A DNA stretch of 64,000 nt from Ignavibacteria bacterium RIFCSPLOWO2_12_FULL_56_21. Lineage in GTDB: Bacteria; Bacteroidota; Ignavibacteria; UBA10030. The stretch is from NCBI GenBank assembly GCA_001802945.1, contig MHAK01000080.1:687-64686 (forward strand), written 5' to 3'. The notes under the pieces are model-generated. The model saw nothing but the letters and a program-made list of their open reading frames with translations. It was not told the DNA's origin and ran no database searches. A program made the position numbers and the translations under genes. Position 1 is the stretch's first letter, and every line of letters begins with the position of its first letter. Below are positions 1 to 9,586 of the stretch, in pieces.

Positions 1-342
1 CTTCCGTCGGTCATCGAGATCGGACTCTCGTATGAAGGCACCGTCGAGAACAACCTGCACTATGGAGTGAACAGCGTGTTCTCGAACAACAGCCTATATT
101 ACGATGAGTACAAGCTCGGTGCAGAGATCGGCTATATAATGGAAGAGATCGAACTCTTTGGCCGCTTTGGGATGGGCTTGGTGCCGGAAATCGAAGATGG
201 CAATTCGCATATTTTTGGCGAGAGCTTCGGCGCCGGCATCCACTGGAACGCTCCCGGCATGGATATCACGGTCGACTATGCATTCCGATCGGCTGAATTC
301 TTCGACGGGAACAACGTTTTCAGCGTGAAGTTCGGATTCTGA
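1..342 (+). CDS. PorV/PorQ-family outer-membrane beta-barrel, 3' end (5'-truncated by window)
   Basis: Frame open from base 1 (LPSVIEIGLSY...). Ends ...FGAGIHW...VDYAFRSAEFFDGNNVFSVKFGF, with alternating beta-strands and a terminal Phe typical of T9SS-associated PorV-like barrels. Confidence 0.65.
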   Translation, partial: LPSVIEIGLSYEGTVENNLHYGVNSVFSNNSLYYDEYKLGAEIGYIMEEIELFGRFGMGLVPEIEDGNSHIFGESFGAGIHWNAPGMDITVDYAFRSAEFFDGNNVFSVKFGF

Positions 343-364
343 TCCGTTTTCCCCACCTTATGCG

Positions 365-400
365 CAAAGGGCTGCCCGGACCCGGGCAGCCCTTTGTGTT
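365..400 (+). terminator. Probable intrinsic terminator hairpin
   Basis: 15-bp perfect inverted repeat caaagggctgcccgg / ccgggcagccctttg just after the stop at 342; T-rich tail is weak. Confidence 0.6.
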
Positions 401-420
401 CTATGAACGTAACCTCATGA

Positions 421-2715
421 ATGCCCCTTGAATATATGTATCGTTGCGCCATCTCTTCATTCTTGACAGTCATTGCTGTGACATTGGGCATTGCCCAGGC
501 TCCACGGTCGGGGTTCGAAACCCAATCAGCAGAACTTCGTCAGGGGGGTCGTGTGACGATCCTGGCGATCGCCCCGCTCTACGAGGACCTGTGGTCGGCT
601 GTCTACTTACGACAGGTTTTCGGGGTAAAGGTGCAGCTTGTATACGTGACGAACGGAGAAGCGATGACCGGTGCTTCGGTGAAGCTCTATCCGAACCAGA
701 TGGCAGCGGACCTTCGGGGCCGCGCATATGCGATTTCAAGGACGCTTGATGCCGAACATGGCTTTCTCAATCTGTCGCACGTGGATGCCGCAGCGAACCA
801 GGAGTACGTTAGGTCCGCGTGGGACGATGACACGGTCCGGTCAAGACTTTACGCTGTTTTTGCGGACTTCAAGCCGGACCTTGTGCTCGTGAACGGGCTC
901 GAACGGCCGGAAACGTCGCCGCATGTGGGAGAAGTCCTTCTCGAGAATCTCAAGGTTGTCTTGGAAAGACTTCGTTCGGAAAAGCGAAATATCCCTTCGG
1001 TGGTTGCCATTGCAGGACCGCCTTTGTCAGGAAGTTCGAAGAACGTCAAAACCGCAAAATTGACTCGTGGAAGATCATCTGCCCTTCACGTCGCGACATC
1101 TGTACGTGCGAAGTACGGTGACCTGGCTGGCTTCATCTCGCCGATCGAAGCGTTCTACACAACTCTTCCAGGATACCCGAAGGATCGACTGAGAAACGTC
1201 ATGGACAATGGGCGGCTTCTGCGTGTCCCGAGGCCAAGTACGATCTCAGCGATCGATAGCATCGTTCGCAAGGTTGCCTTGCTGCTGGATTCGTGGCGTT
1301 CAGTGCCGCGTGGAAGAGCAGGCGACCGGGCGCTCAAGGTATTGGTGGCAGCTCTCGGAGAGATCGATGCATGGACGGACGGACACCCTCGTGCCACAGA
1401 ACTCGAACGCCGCATCCTTCTCGACTGGCGCTGGTCGCTCGAGTCGGTCCGTCTGAAGATCATCGGTGCAGTCCCATACGTGCGGGTCAGCGATTCGGTA
1501 TTGACAGCTGTACAATTGGTCTATCTGACGATTGATTCAGTTAGGGGACTGGACCCTCGCGGGCAGACGCAGGTAATCTTCCCAAAGGCCAAGGAGGGCT
1601 GGATCCTGAATGAGCGCCCCGGAGACAGGGCTGCATTCGTCACCGGGGAGCCGTACCGTCTGATATCGCCTCGGTCTCTTGCGCTCGATCTACCAAGAGA
1701 TATCGAGGGTTTGGAAAGACCGGTCTATGCCTCGCCATGGCATTTTTTCATCGTGCACTGGGCAACAATAAAGGAGCGGAGCTTCTCATTACGGGTGGAC
1801 GCAGGTTTCCTAGGCGCTCCGCGGTTTTCCGTCGAGGTCATGACTCCTATCGCCATGGCAGTCAATGGAGAACGGATCGCCGTTCGGATCACGAACCAGT
1901 CGCGCGACGGTGTTCGAGACTCCGTGGCGGTGCGGTTGAACGAAGTATGGTCGGACGCAGCGCCTTTCAGGCTGAATACTAAAGGATCGCAGCAGGTCGA
2001 TACGCTGACCCTCAAGGTTTCGCCCGAAATCCCCGACGGAACACATTTCGTCAATGTTACCATCGGTTCCGACCCGGTGGCGGGGTTTCTCTTGAGGAAG
2101 TTCCCTCTTCTCACAGACACCTCGCACAGCGTCGTCGTTGTGGCTGCAGACTCATTTGACGCCGCGTCCATGGCGATCCGCAGGACGGCAATGTCGGCAA
2201 CGTGGGTGATTCCTTCAGAACTTGAGCGTTCTTCACTCCCCGTTGCTGACGTCGTGCTGATCTCAGAATTCGCCTCCGAAGGAATCTCTCGTGGAGGTTG
2301 GAGCAACGTTCGCTCGTATGTGGAGCAAGGAGGTCGGCTCGTTGTTCTCGCGCAACGCCCCGGTCCTCTTCAGAAACTCCCCGGTGAACCGCAGCTATCG
2401 ATTGCCCCGAGCGCGAAGTATGATACATCGGCAAAGCTGTCGATCGACTCATTGGATCTCCTGAGTGCCTCTCCGAACGACCTGAAGGAGGAATCTTGGA
2501 TGGGATGGTTGTATCGAAGAACTATGTGGCAAGTGCAAACCTCGTCGCGCACCGTCGTGGTGCAGGCGTGGTTCGGCGAGCGCGAAAATCCCGCGATTCT
2601 CCGTTGGCATGTCGGCCATGGAACCGTCACATACGTGAACATGAATCTTGGGCATCAATTCTTGAACGTACTTCCGGCGGCTCATCAGTTGCTTGCGAAC
2701 CTGCTGGCGAATTGA
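421..2715 (+). CDS. Secreted PIG-L/LmbE-family deacetylase-like multidomain protein (degenerate active site)
   Basis: Signal peptide; LmbE-like segment VQLVYVTNGE...W...FKPDLVL; C-terminus YVEQGGRLVVL...GHGTVTY...HQLLANLL matches the LmbE C-terminal region. True start may be ATG 436. Confidence 0.6.
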   Translation: MPLEYMYRCAISSFLTVIAVTLGIAQAPRSGFETQSAELRQGGRVTILAIAPLYEDLWSAVYLRQVFGVKVQLVYVTNGEAMTGASVKLYPNQMAADLRGRAYAISRTLDAEHGFLNLSHVDAAANQEYVRSAWDDDTVRSRLYAVFADFKPDLVLVNGLERPETSPHVGEVLLENLKVVLERLRSEKRNIPSVVAIAGPPLSGSSKNVKTAKLTRGRSSALHVATSVRAKYGDLAGFISPIEAFYTTLPGYPKDRLRNVMDNGRLLRVPRPSTISAIDSIVRKVALLLDSWRSVPRGRAGDRALKVLVAALGEIDAWTDGHPRATELERRILLDWRWSLESVRLKIIGAVPYVRVSDSVLTAVQLVYLTIDSVRGLDPRGQTQVIFPKAKEGWILNERPGDRAAFVTGEPYRLISPRSLALDLPRDIEGLERPVYASPWHFFIVHWATIKERSFSLRVDAGFLGAPRFSVEVMTPIAMAVNGERIAVRITNQSRDGVRDSVAVRLNEVWSDAAPFRLNTKGSQQVDTLTLKVSPEIPDGTHFVNVTIGSDPVAGFLLRKFPLLTDTSHSVVVVAADSFDAASMAIRRTAMSATWVIPSELERSSLPVADVVLISEFASEGISRGGWSNVRSYVEQGGRLVVLAQRPGPLQKLPGEPQLSIAPSAKYDTSAKLSIDSLDLLSASPNDLKEESWMGWLYRRTMWQVQTSSRTVVVQAWFGERENPAILRWHVGHGTVTYVNMNLGHQFLNVLPAAHQLLANLLAN

Positions 2716-2719
2716 TACA

Positions 2720-2748
2720 TTGCGAACATCGTCGGCTATTGATATATT
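2720..2748 (+). promoter_or_regulatory. sigma70-type promoter, probably leaderless
   Basis: TTGCGA-17 bp-TATATT, ending 6 nt before ATG 2755; no Shine-Dalgarno. Confidence 0.5.
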
Positions 2749-2754
2749 GAACCC

Positions 2755-4131
2755 ATGACGTCCTCGAAAAAGTATTTCGTCACAGCGTTACTTGTGCTTT
2801 CGGCGGCCGCGCCTTTGCCGGCCCAGCGATTCGACCCTTCGGCGGGGTTTATCCTCAACCTTGATTTCAGCCGCTTCCGGTATGATGATTCGACCGGATA
2901 TGTAGAGTTGTATCATGCGTTCTATCCGACCTTGGTCACGCTCGACGGGACTCCAGAAGGCTCCTACAAAGGATGGATCCGCATGACCGTCCGCATCAGA
3001 ACGAAGGCTGAGGGCGTGCCCGTTGTTCACGAAGTAAACATCCTGCCCGTCGTTGTCCGCGATTCTGCATCTCTGCGCAGTTCCATGACAATGGTCAGCG
3101 CGTCGGCATATCGGATACCCGCCGGAGAGTACTTTCTCGATGTGCTCGCGGTGGACTCGCTGTCTCCCAACAGGAGGGACAGTCTGCTGCTCCCCCTGTC
3201 CGTTCCGGCTATGGGGAGTCGAACGATGGTAAGCGACCTTGAGCTGTGCTCACGGATTACGGAAGGAGCCTCCGAGGGCATGTTTGTGAAGAATACGCTC
3301 GAAGTTGTCCCAAACCCGAGTCTGGCTTTCGGGTCTGCGGGCGCACCGATCGTGTTTCATTATGCCGAATTGTATGACCTGAAGGCGGGAGTCCGATATT
3401 TTGTTGAGACATCTATCATCGACAACCGGAACACGGTCGTACGCCGCACTGGCCGGTGGCGCACGTACAGCGTTCCTCATGCGGTAGACATTGGGACGAC
3501 AAACGTGGCCGCGGTACCTTCAGGTCGTTATGTGTTCAGTCTACGGCTCTTGAAGGACAGTACGGAGGAGGTCGCGCGCTCGACGAAGATCTTCTTCGTT
3601 TCGAATCCTCACCTGCAGGCAGTGAGTGCCACCGAAACATCGTCGGCTGCGACGGAATTGGCGGGGCTGACATTTGAGGAACTGGGGACCGAATTCGCGA
3701 CGGCCCGATATCTTGCGTCATCAAAGGAAGTGGAGATGTTTTCGAAGTTGACGACGGCCGATGCTCGTCGGGAATTTCTCGGCACATTCTGGACGGAGGT
3801 GGGAAAGGGGCACGAGGGCCATGAACCGACGACGCGGGTCGAATATCAAATGAGGGTGACCTCCGCAAATCAGAAATTCCGAGTTCACAATCGTGAGGGC
3901 TGGAGGTCTGATCGCGGCCGCGTCTACATTCTCTACGGGGATCCCGACGAAATTGAACGTGTGCCGAGCGAGGGCGACTCAAAGCCGAGTGAAGTGTGGC
4001 ACTATTACCAGATAGAAAACGGCGTTCTGTTCATCTTTGCCGATCGGTCTGGTTTCGGCGAATATGTACTTGTGCATTCAACAAAGAGGGGCGAACTCCA
4101 GGACGAATCATGGCAGCGCATGTTGCGCTGA
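2755..4131 (+). CDS. GWxTD domain-containing protein
   Basis: Signal peptide; FW...EY..RV..AN..F...EGWRSDRGRVYILYGDPDEIER...EVWHY...FIFAD. Confidence 0.85.
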   Translation: MTSSKKYFVTALLVLSAAAPLPAQRFDPSAGFILNLDFSRFRYDDSTGYVELYHAFYPTLVTLDGTPEGSYKGWIRMTVRIRTKAEGVPVVHEVNILPVVVRDSASLRSSMTMVSASAYRIPAGEYFLDVLAVDSLSPNRRDSLLLPLSVPAMGSRTMVSDLELCSRITEGASEGMFVKNTLEVVPNPSLAFGSAGAPIVFHYAELYDLKAGVRYFVETSIIDNRNTVVRRTGRWRTYSVPHAVDIGTTNVAAVPSGRYVFSLRLLKDSTEEVARSTKIFFVSNPHLQAVSATETSSAATELAGLTFEELGTEFATARYLASSKEVEMFSKLTTADARREFLGTFWTEVGKGHEGHEPTTRVEYQMRVTSANQKFRVHNREGWRSDRGRVYILYGDPDEIERVPSEGDSKPSEVWHYYQIENGVLFIFADRSGFGEYVLVHSTKRGELQDESWQRMLR

Positions 4132-4976
4132 TCCTGACCGTTCTCTCGCTGATACAGGCATCGGGACAACCCCTGCTCATTGAGCGGGAACGCATTCCTG
4201 TGCACCGCAATGCGTCCCGGCTGGAACGGGACGGCTCCGGGCGCTGGTATGTTTGCGTTCCAAGTGTGCACATCGTGGTCATGTATCCGCCGTCCAAAAA
4301 AGGACCCGTGACGGCCGGCGGGTATGGATGGACGTTGAGCGCTTTCGACCGGCCGTCGAGCATTGCGACCGATGGGTTGAATGTCTTTGTTGCCGACGAA
4401 GGAAATCATAGAGTTGTACGTCTTGACAAAGACCTGAGACCGATCTCGGCCCTCTCGACCCGCGATACATCGTACGCGCCCGCGCGGTTCGGTTTTCCGA
4501 AAGGCGTAGCGGTCAACAGCCGCGGCCAACTTGCCATCCTTGACGCCGAAGGGCGGCAGGTGATCGTCTTCAACACCGACGGACGCTACATCACCCGTCT
4601 CGGCCAGGACCTTCCCGATCGGAAACAATTCGCGGATCCAAGAGATCTTGCGATCGACGAGCAGGATAAGTTCTACGTGCTTGACGGCTGGGACGTGAGG
4701 AGGTTCGATGAGTTCGGCAATGCCATCGGTTCTCTGGAAGCGATTGGACCAACCGAATCGCTCGGTCTTTCCGTATTCGCCGGCTGGCTTGCCATCGTTT
4801 CTGCAGATACGCTTGTCGTTTCAGACACTGAGGGGCGGCTGCGACACGCCATCCCACGCGGAGTGCTTTCACCCGGGAGTCCGCTGTCACCCCTGGCGGA
4901 TGTTGGCTGGTACGACGGTTCGCTTGCACTCCTGGCGGACGGAATGATCGTGCTCTATGAATTCGATGAACAATGA
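4110..4976 (+). CDS. NHL-repeat beta-propeller protein, secreted
   Basis: NHL repeats FDRPSSIA...VADEGNHRVVR, FGFPKGVAVNSRG, FADPRDLAID. ATG 4110 gives signal peptide MAAHVALILTVLSLIQASG. Confidence 0.75.
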   Translation: MAAHVALILTVLSLIQASGQPLLIERERIPVHRNASRLERDGSGRWYVCVPSVHIVVMYPPSKKGPVTAGGYGWTLSAFDRPSSIATDGLNVFVADEGNHRVVRLDKDLRPISALSTRDTSYAPARFGFPKGVAVNSRGQLAILDAEGRQVIVFNTDGRYITRLGQDLPDRKQFADPRDLAIDEQDKFYVLDGWDVRRFDEFGNAIGSLEAIGPTESLGLSVFAGWLAIVSADTLVVSDTEGRLRHAIPRGVLSPGSPLSPLADVGWYDGSLALLADGMIVLYEFDEQ

Positions 4977-5054
4977 TATTTGAGAATACCTTATTCGCGC
5001 TGATCCGCGCGAGTGGGGCGAAACAGTCCAGTTCACTTTAGCGGGAGGGATGGT

Positions 5055-5495
5055 ATGGCATCGAGAAGCGTCAACAAGGTGATTTTGATCGGCAATCTCG
5101 GAAAGGACCCCGAGGTACGCTACACCGGTAGCGGAGTTGCGGTGGCTACCTTCAGCGTGGCGACGAACGAGTCATGGAAGGACCCCGAAGGGAATACTCA
5201 AGAGCGCACGGAGTGGCACAATATTGTCGCCTGGCGCAAACTTGCAGAGATCTGCGGTGAGTATTTGAAGAAGGGCGGGAAGATCTATCTTGAAGGCCGG
5301 ATTCAGTATCGCACATACGATGATAAGAACGGCGTCAAGCGGTATGTGACAGAGATCGTGATGGACGAAATGGTTATGCTTGATTCGCGAGGGGCGGCCG
5401 GGGCTGTCGCCGGTGCGCCGCCGGATTCATCAAAGAGCGGCTCTGCACCAGGACTTCCGCCGGCCGCAGGGAAAGATGAGGATCTTCCTTTCTAA
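5055..5495 (+). CDS. ssb: Single-stranded DNA-binding protein
   Basis: [19 protein letters not shown]...TEWHNIVAW; acidic tail DEDLPF; GGAGG upstream of ATG 5055. Confidence 0.97.
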   Translation: MASRSVNKVILIGNLGKDPEVRYTGSGVAVATFSVATNESWKDPEGNTQERTEWHNIVAWRKLAEICGEYLKKGGKIYLEGRIQYRTYDDKNGVKRYVTEIVMDEMVMLDSRGAAGAVAGAPPDSSKSGSAPGLPPAAGKDEDLPF

Positions 5496-5506
5496 ATGGT
5501 GACGGA

Positions 5507-7228
5507 GTGAAACCCGTTCCGCAACGATACGCGATCGTTTGTGTATCGACACTGCTATCGGCTGTTCTTTCAGCTCAATCTGCTCAGCCGACAGCAACAG
5601 CATATGTCCCGTTCCCCGGACGTACGGGAATGGTCGTAACTTCGCACTATCTCGCCTCCCAGGTGGGAGTGGATGTGCTGAAAGCCGGAGGGAATGCCGT
5701 TGATGCGGCAGTTGCGACCGGATTAGCCCTCGCCGTGGTCCATCCTGGGGCCGGGAATATTGGCGGGGGAGGATTTATGGTGGTGCACTTGAAGGACGGG
5801 ACCGTCACCGCTTTCGATTTTCGGGAACGAGCTCCGCTCCGGTCGCACGAAACGATGTTCCTTGATTCTCTCGGACAGTATGTTGAGGATCTGAATCACG
5901 AAGGTTACCTCTCCGTCGGCGTACCTGGAACAGTCGCGGGATTCGACATGGCCCTGAAGAAATTCGGGAGCCGTTCATGGAAAACCCTTGCAGAGCCGGC
6001 GGTTCGGTTGGCCGACAAAGGATTTCCCCTTTCGTGGTCAATGGCGGAGAGTTTTAAGGGGTACGCCAGCGATTGGCGCAAATTTCCGGCATCGGCGAAA
6101 AGTTTTCTTCGGTCCGATACGGTGTACTATCAGCCTGGTGACATCTGGAAGCAACCGGATCTGGCGAAGACGTTGCGCCGGGTTCAGAGGTCTGGTCGTG
6201 ACGGATTCTATAAGGGCGAGACTGCACGGCTTCTTGCAGCCGATATGAAGGCGCATGGCGGACTTATCACTGAAGAGGACCTGGCTGCCTATGAGGCCAA
6301 AGAGAGATCGCCGATTAGGGGCACATACAGAGGGTATGAGGTCATTTCCATGTGTCCGCCGAGCTCAGGCGGGACCGTGCTCGTGGAAATGCTCAACATT
6401 CTTGAAGGATTTGAACTGGGCGCCTACGGTCACAACTCAGCCGCATATCTCCACGCGCTTGCGGAAGCGATGCGACGTGCTTTCGCCGACCGTGCCCGGT
6501 ACTTGGGTGATCCGGACTTCAATGCCGACATGCCGGTGGCGCGATTGACGTCAAAAGAATATGCCGCCGACCTTCGCCGCACCATCAGCCTGAATACAGT
6601 ATCGAAGTCCCCTCCTTCAACTCTGCAATTTCCGGAAGAAGACGACCACACAACGCACTACTCAATTGTCGATGGAGAGGGGAATGCAGTCGTTGTCACG
6701 TATACACTTGAGTACTGGTACGGGTCGAGGATCGTTGCTGATGGACTTGGGTTTCTGCTGAACAACGAAATGGGAGACTTCAATCACATTCCCGGCCGAA
6801 CTGATAGCACAGGTGACATCGGAACGCGTCCAAATCTCATTCAGCCCGGAAAACGTATGCTTTCGAGCATGACGCCGACGATCATTGCGAAGAATGGAAA
6901 ACCGTGGGCGTTGATCGGGTCTCCTGGCGGCCGAACGATCATCAACACTGTTGCTCAGGTTGTGCTGAATCTGATCGATTTCCGAATGAATGTCGCGGAA
7001 GCCGTTTCAGCAAAGCGCATCCACCATCAGTGGCAGCCGGATGTGATGAGGCTGGAGGTGAATACCACGTCACGGGATTCCGAACGTTTGCTGGAAATGA
7101 TGGGTCACCGGCTGCGCAGAAACGGCTACCAAGGCCGAGTGATGGCAATCGTTATTGAAGACTCGACCGGCGTCCGGTGGGGCGCGTCCGACCCACGGGA
7201 TGTTGACGCGGCCGCTGTCGGGTATTGA
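5507..7228 (+). CDS. ggt: Gamma-glutamyltransferase
   Basis: GGNAVDAA, GIGGGGF-like GNIGGGGF, DFRERAP, catalytic TTHYS, LSSMTPT, GSPGG. Confidence 0.95.
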   Translation: MKPVPQRYAIVCVSTLLSAVLSAQSAQPTATAYVPFPGRTGMVVTSHYLASQVGVDVLKAGGNAVDAAVATGLALAVVHPGAGNIGGGGFMVVHLKDGTVTAFDFRERAPLRSHETMFLDSLGQYVEDLNHEGYLSVGVPGTVAGFDMALKKFGSRSWKTLAEPAVRLADKGFPLSWSMAESFKGYASDWRKFPASAKSFLRSDTVYYQPGDIWKQPDLAKTLRRVQRSGRDGFYKGETARLLAADMKAHGGLITEEDLAAYEAKERSPIRGTYRGYEVISMCPPSSGGTVLVEMLNILEGFELGAYGHNSAAYLHALAEAMRRAFADRARYLGDPDFNADMPVARLTSKEYAADLRRTISLNTVSKSPPSTLQFPEEDDHTTHYSIVDGEGNAVVVTYTLEYWYGSRIVADGLGFLLNNEMGDFNHIPGRTDSTGDIGTRPNLIQPGKRMLSSMTPTIIAKNGKPWALIGSPGGRTIINTVAQVVLNLIDFRMNVAEAVSAKRIHHQWQPDVMRLEVNTTSRDSERLLEMMGHRLRRNGYQGRVMAIVIEDSTGVRWGASDPRDVDAAAVGY

Positions 7229-7295
7229 CCCGAACAGCATCCGGCGATCTCATGCAGGGTCCTTCGTTTGCGGCGTGATGAAATTGTGAGTGCGC

Positions 7296-7324
7296 TTGCT
7301 TCTTGAAGGCTTACTAGTTATCAT
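7296..7324 (+). promoter_or_regulatory. sigma70-type promoter of riboswitch/btu operon
   Basis: TTGCTT-17 bp-TATCAT upstream of the riboswitch. Confidence 0.5.
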
Positions 7325-7351
7325 AAAAGAGCGCCTGTTCTTTCAATTCTG

Positions 7352-7600
7352 TAGTTCTGGTGTCCCGCACGTGCGACAAAAGACGTTCGTACCAGCGGGA
7401 TGAAAAGGGAATTCCGTACGTCCAATCGCTGTAAGGACCAATCGGAAGCTGCCCCGCAACTGTAGTCCCGATCCTCCAGAGGATCTGTGACACATCAAAA
7501 CGCCACTGTTTCACTTGCGTGGAATGGGAAGGCTGGATGTGCCCGGGAGAGCCAGGAGACCTGCCAGAACTTTGTTCCACGAGACCTTCGAGGGAAGGAT
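7352..7600 (+). ncRNA. Cobalamin (AdoCbl) riboswitch
   Basis: Hallmarks AAAAGGGAA, GCTGCCCCGCAACTGT, GCCACTG...GGGAAGGC and B12 box GAGCCAGGAGACCTGCC, upstream of a TonB-dependent receptor. Boundaries approximate. Confidence 0.92.
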
Positions 7601-7634
7601 TTCGCCGTGATGCATGTCTGCAACATGTATTCTG

Positions 7635-7673
7635 GCCCCGCCTCCCTGAAGAGGTCGGGGCTTTTTCGTTTTT
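7635..7673 (+). terminator. Riboswitch expression-platform terminator
   Basis: gccccgcctc-cctgaa-gaggtcggggc hairpin followed by tttttcgttttt. Confidence 0.75.
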
Positions 7674-9584
7674 GTGCGCATACTTCACTTTTCCATATTG
7701 CTTATGAGCGTTCCTGTCGTTCGTGGACAGGAGCAGGCTCCCGCGGATTCCAGCCTGCGTCGAACGCTACCGGAAGTTGTCGTTACCGGGTCGCGGACGC
7801 TGGGATTGATCGACAGGACAGCAGCAAGTGCAATTGTACTTGAGCAGAAGACGCTGGAAGGGCTCAGAGGATTGACGGTCGACGCGGCCCTGACTCGCGA
7901 GACGGCAGCCTACATACGGGACATCGGCAGCGGCGCGGGGATCAAGACAGTGGGATTGCGCGGATCGTCTGCGAGTGAAACACTGATCCTTCTGAACGGG
8001 GTCCGATTGAACAGTGCACAAAACGGATTGGTGGACCTTGGGCTTTATCCGTTGGAACTCTTCCAGCGCATTGAAATCGTTCGCGGCGGACAATCCGCAG
8101 CATTCGGGTCGGACGCCATTGGCGGTTCAATCAATCTTGTGACGCGGGAAACCGGGGCTGAAGACCGCCTGGGCCTAAACGTCACGGGCGGGTCGTTTGG
8201 CCAACTGGGAGGCGCCGTGGATGCCGGACATGCATGGAAAGAAGGATCTGTCGCCATCCGCGGGGGATATGACCGGTCCGACGGTCGGTTTCCGTATGAG
8301 GTGAAGGACGGGTCCAGCACGATCACGGGGGTGCGGGAAGGGTCATCTTCGCGGAGAAGATACGGGCTTTTCGACCTCTCCGTCAGGCCAGCCCAGAGCT
8401 CAGAAGTGACGGCCACGTTTCTAGGGGTATCTGCAGACCGAGGATCGCCAGGTCCTGTGACTGCCTCGGGTTCAGCGCAGGCACGATTGGCCGATGATGC
8501 CGGGAATGCGATCGTCCGTGCCACTTATGCGCTCTCCAACGGCATTGTGGAAGGTGGAGTGTTCGGAGGACTTCAAATCGAAAGGTTCCGGGATCCTTCA
8601 GCCGAAGGGGGGATCGACGAGACCTATCGAAACCGTAACGTCGGAATCTGGCTGCAGTGGTCGGGCGAGGTCAATGATCAGCTCAGCGTGATCACGGCGT
8701 TGGAAGGCAATCGGGCGAGCGTTGAATCAAAAGTATTCGTCAACGGCACAGGGCGGTCGTTCGGCGGAGTATTGCTGGGTGCCCGGTGGACGCCTTTGCA
8801 CGCTGGTGTATCGATCATACCTACGATCCGCTGCGACAGCTACTCGATTGTTCAACCTCGGTGGATTTGGAAGTTGGCGGTGCTTATGCAGCTCGATGAT
8901 GCCGGCCATGTGACACTGCGGGGAACCGCTGGGACGAATTATCGTGTCCCAAGCTTCAACGAATTGTATTGGATACCCGGCGGCAATCCGTATTTGCGGA
9001 GTGAAGCCGGTTATTCCATGGATGCTGGCATCGATGCGCTGTTTACCGGCCTTGGTGAACATCGATTATCCATTACGGCATTCTCCAACAAGATCCGTGA
9101 CCGCATCGTAGGATTTCCTCCCTTAAACGTTACGGATTCACGGGCAATGGGAATCGAAGCGGGGTGGAGGTGGCAACCCATGCCGGATGTTCGCATCCAC
9201 GGAGAAATGACGGGAATAAGGGCGGAGAGTCTGGAACCGTCGTTCAAGGGGAGGCAGCTGCCATTTCAGCCTCGCCTTTCGGCCGGCGGCGGAGTGATCC
9301 TGGATGTTCTGGGCATGTCCGTGAATTCTGGAGTGAATTATGTTTCGCGAAGATACACGACCCTGGACAACCTCGAAGCGCACAGTGTTGACCCTTTTGC
9401 CGTTGTCCATTGCTCCATTTCCCGGTCCGGCATTTTCCAGGGACACAGCGTACAGGTCCTTCTTGCCGTGGAAAATATTTTCGACAAACAGTATCAAATA
9501 GTCACTGGGTATCCCATGCCTGGACGTGCAATTCGAAGTTCGGTTGCGTTCCGGCTTTTTGAGGCTCACCATTCCGAGGACTGA
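7674..9584 (+). CDS. btuB: TonB-dependent cobalamin receptor (BtuB-like)
   Basis: TonB box EVVVTGSR; plug motifs LRGSS...LILLNG...RIEIVRGGQSAAFGSDAIGGSINLVT; C-terminal ENIFDKQY...PGR; under a B12 riboswitch. Confidence 0.8.
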   Translation: MRILHFSILLMSVPVVRGQEQAPADSSLRRTLPEVVVTGSRTLGLIDRTAASAIVLEQKTLEGLRGLTVDAALTRETAAYIRDIGSGAGIKTVGLRGSSASETLILLNGVRLNSAQNGLVDLGLYPLELFQRIEIVRGGQSAAFGSDAIGGSINLVTRETGAEDRLGLNVTGGSFGQLGGAVDAGHAWKEGSVAIRGGYDRSDGRFPYEVKDGSSTITGVREGSSSRRRYGLFDLSVRPAQSSEVTATFLGVSADRGSPGPVTASGSAQARLADDAGNAIVRATYALSNGIVEGGVFGGLQIERFRDPSAEGGIDETYRNRNVGIWLQWSGEVNDQLSVITALEGNRASVESKVFVNGTGRSFGGVLLGARWTPLHAGVSIIPTIRCDSYSIVQPRWIWKLAVLMQLDDAGHVTLRGTAGTNYRVPSFNELYWIPGGNPYLRSEAGYSMDAGIDALFTGLGEHRLSITAFSNKIRDRIVGFPPLNVTDSRAMGIEAGWRWQPMPDVRIHGEMTGIRAESLEPSFKGRQLPFQPRLSAGGGVILDVLGMSVNSGVNYVSRRYTTLDNLEAHSVDPFAVVHCSISRSGIFQGHSVQVLLAVENIFDKQYQIVTGYPMPGRAIRSSVAFRLFEAHHSED

Positions 9585-9586
9585 AA

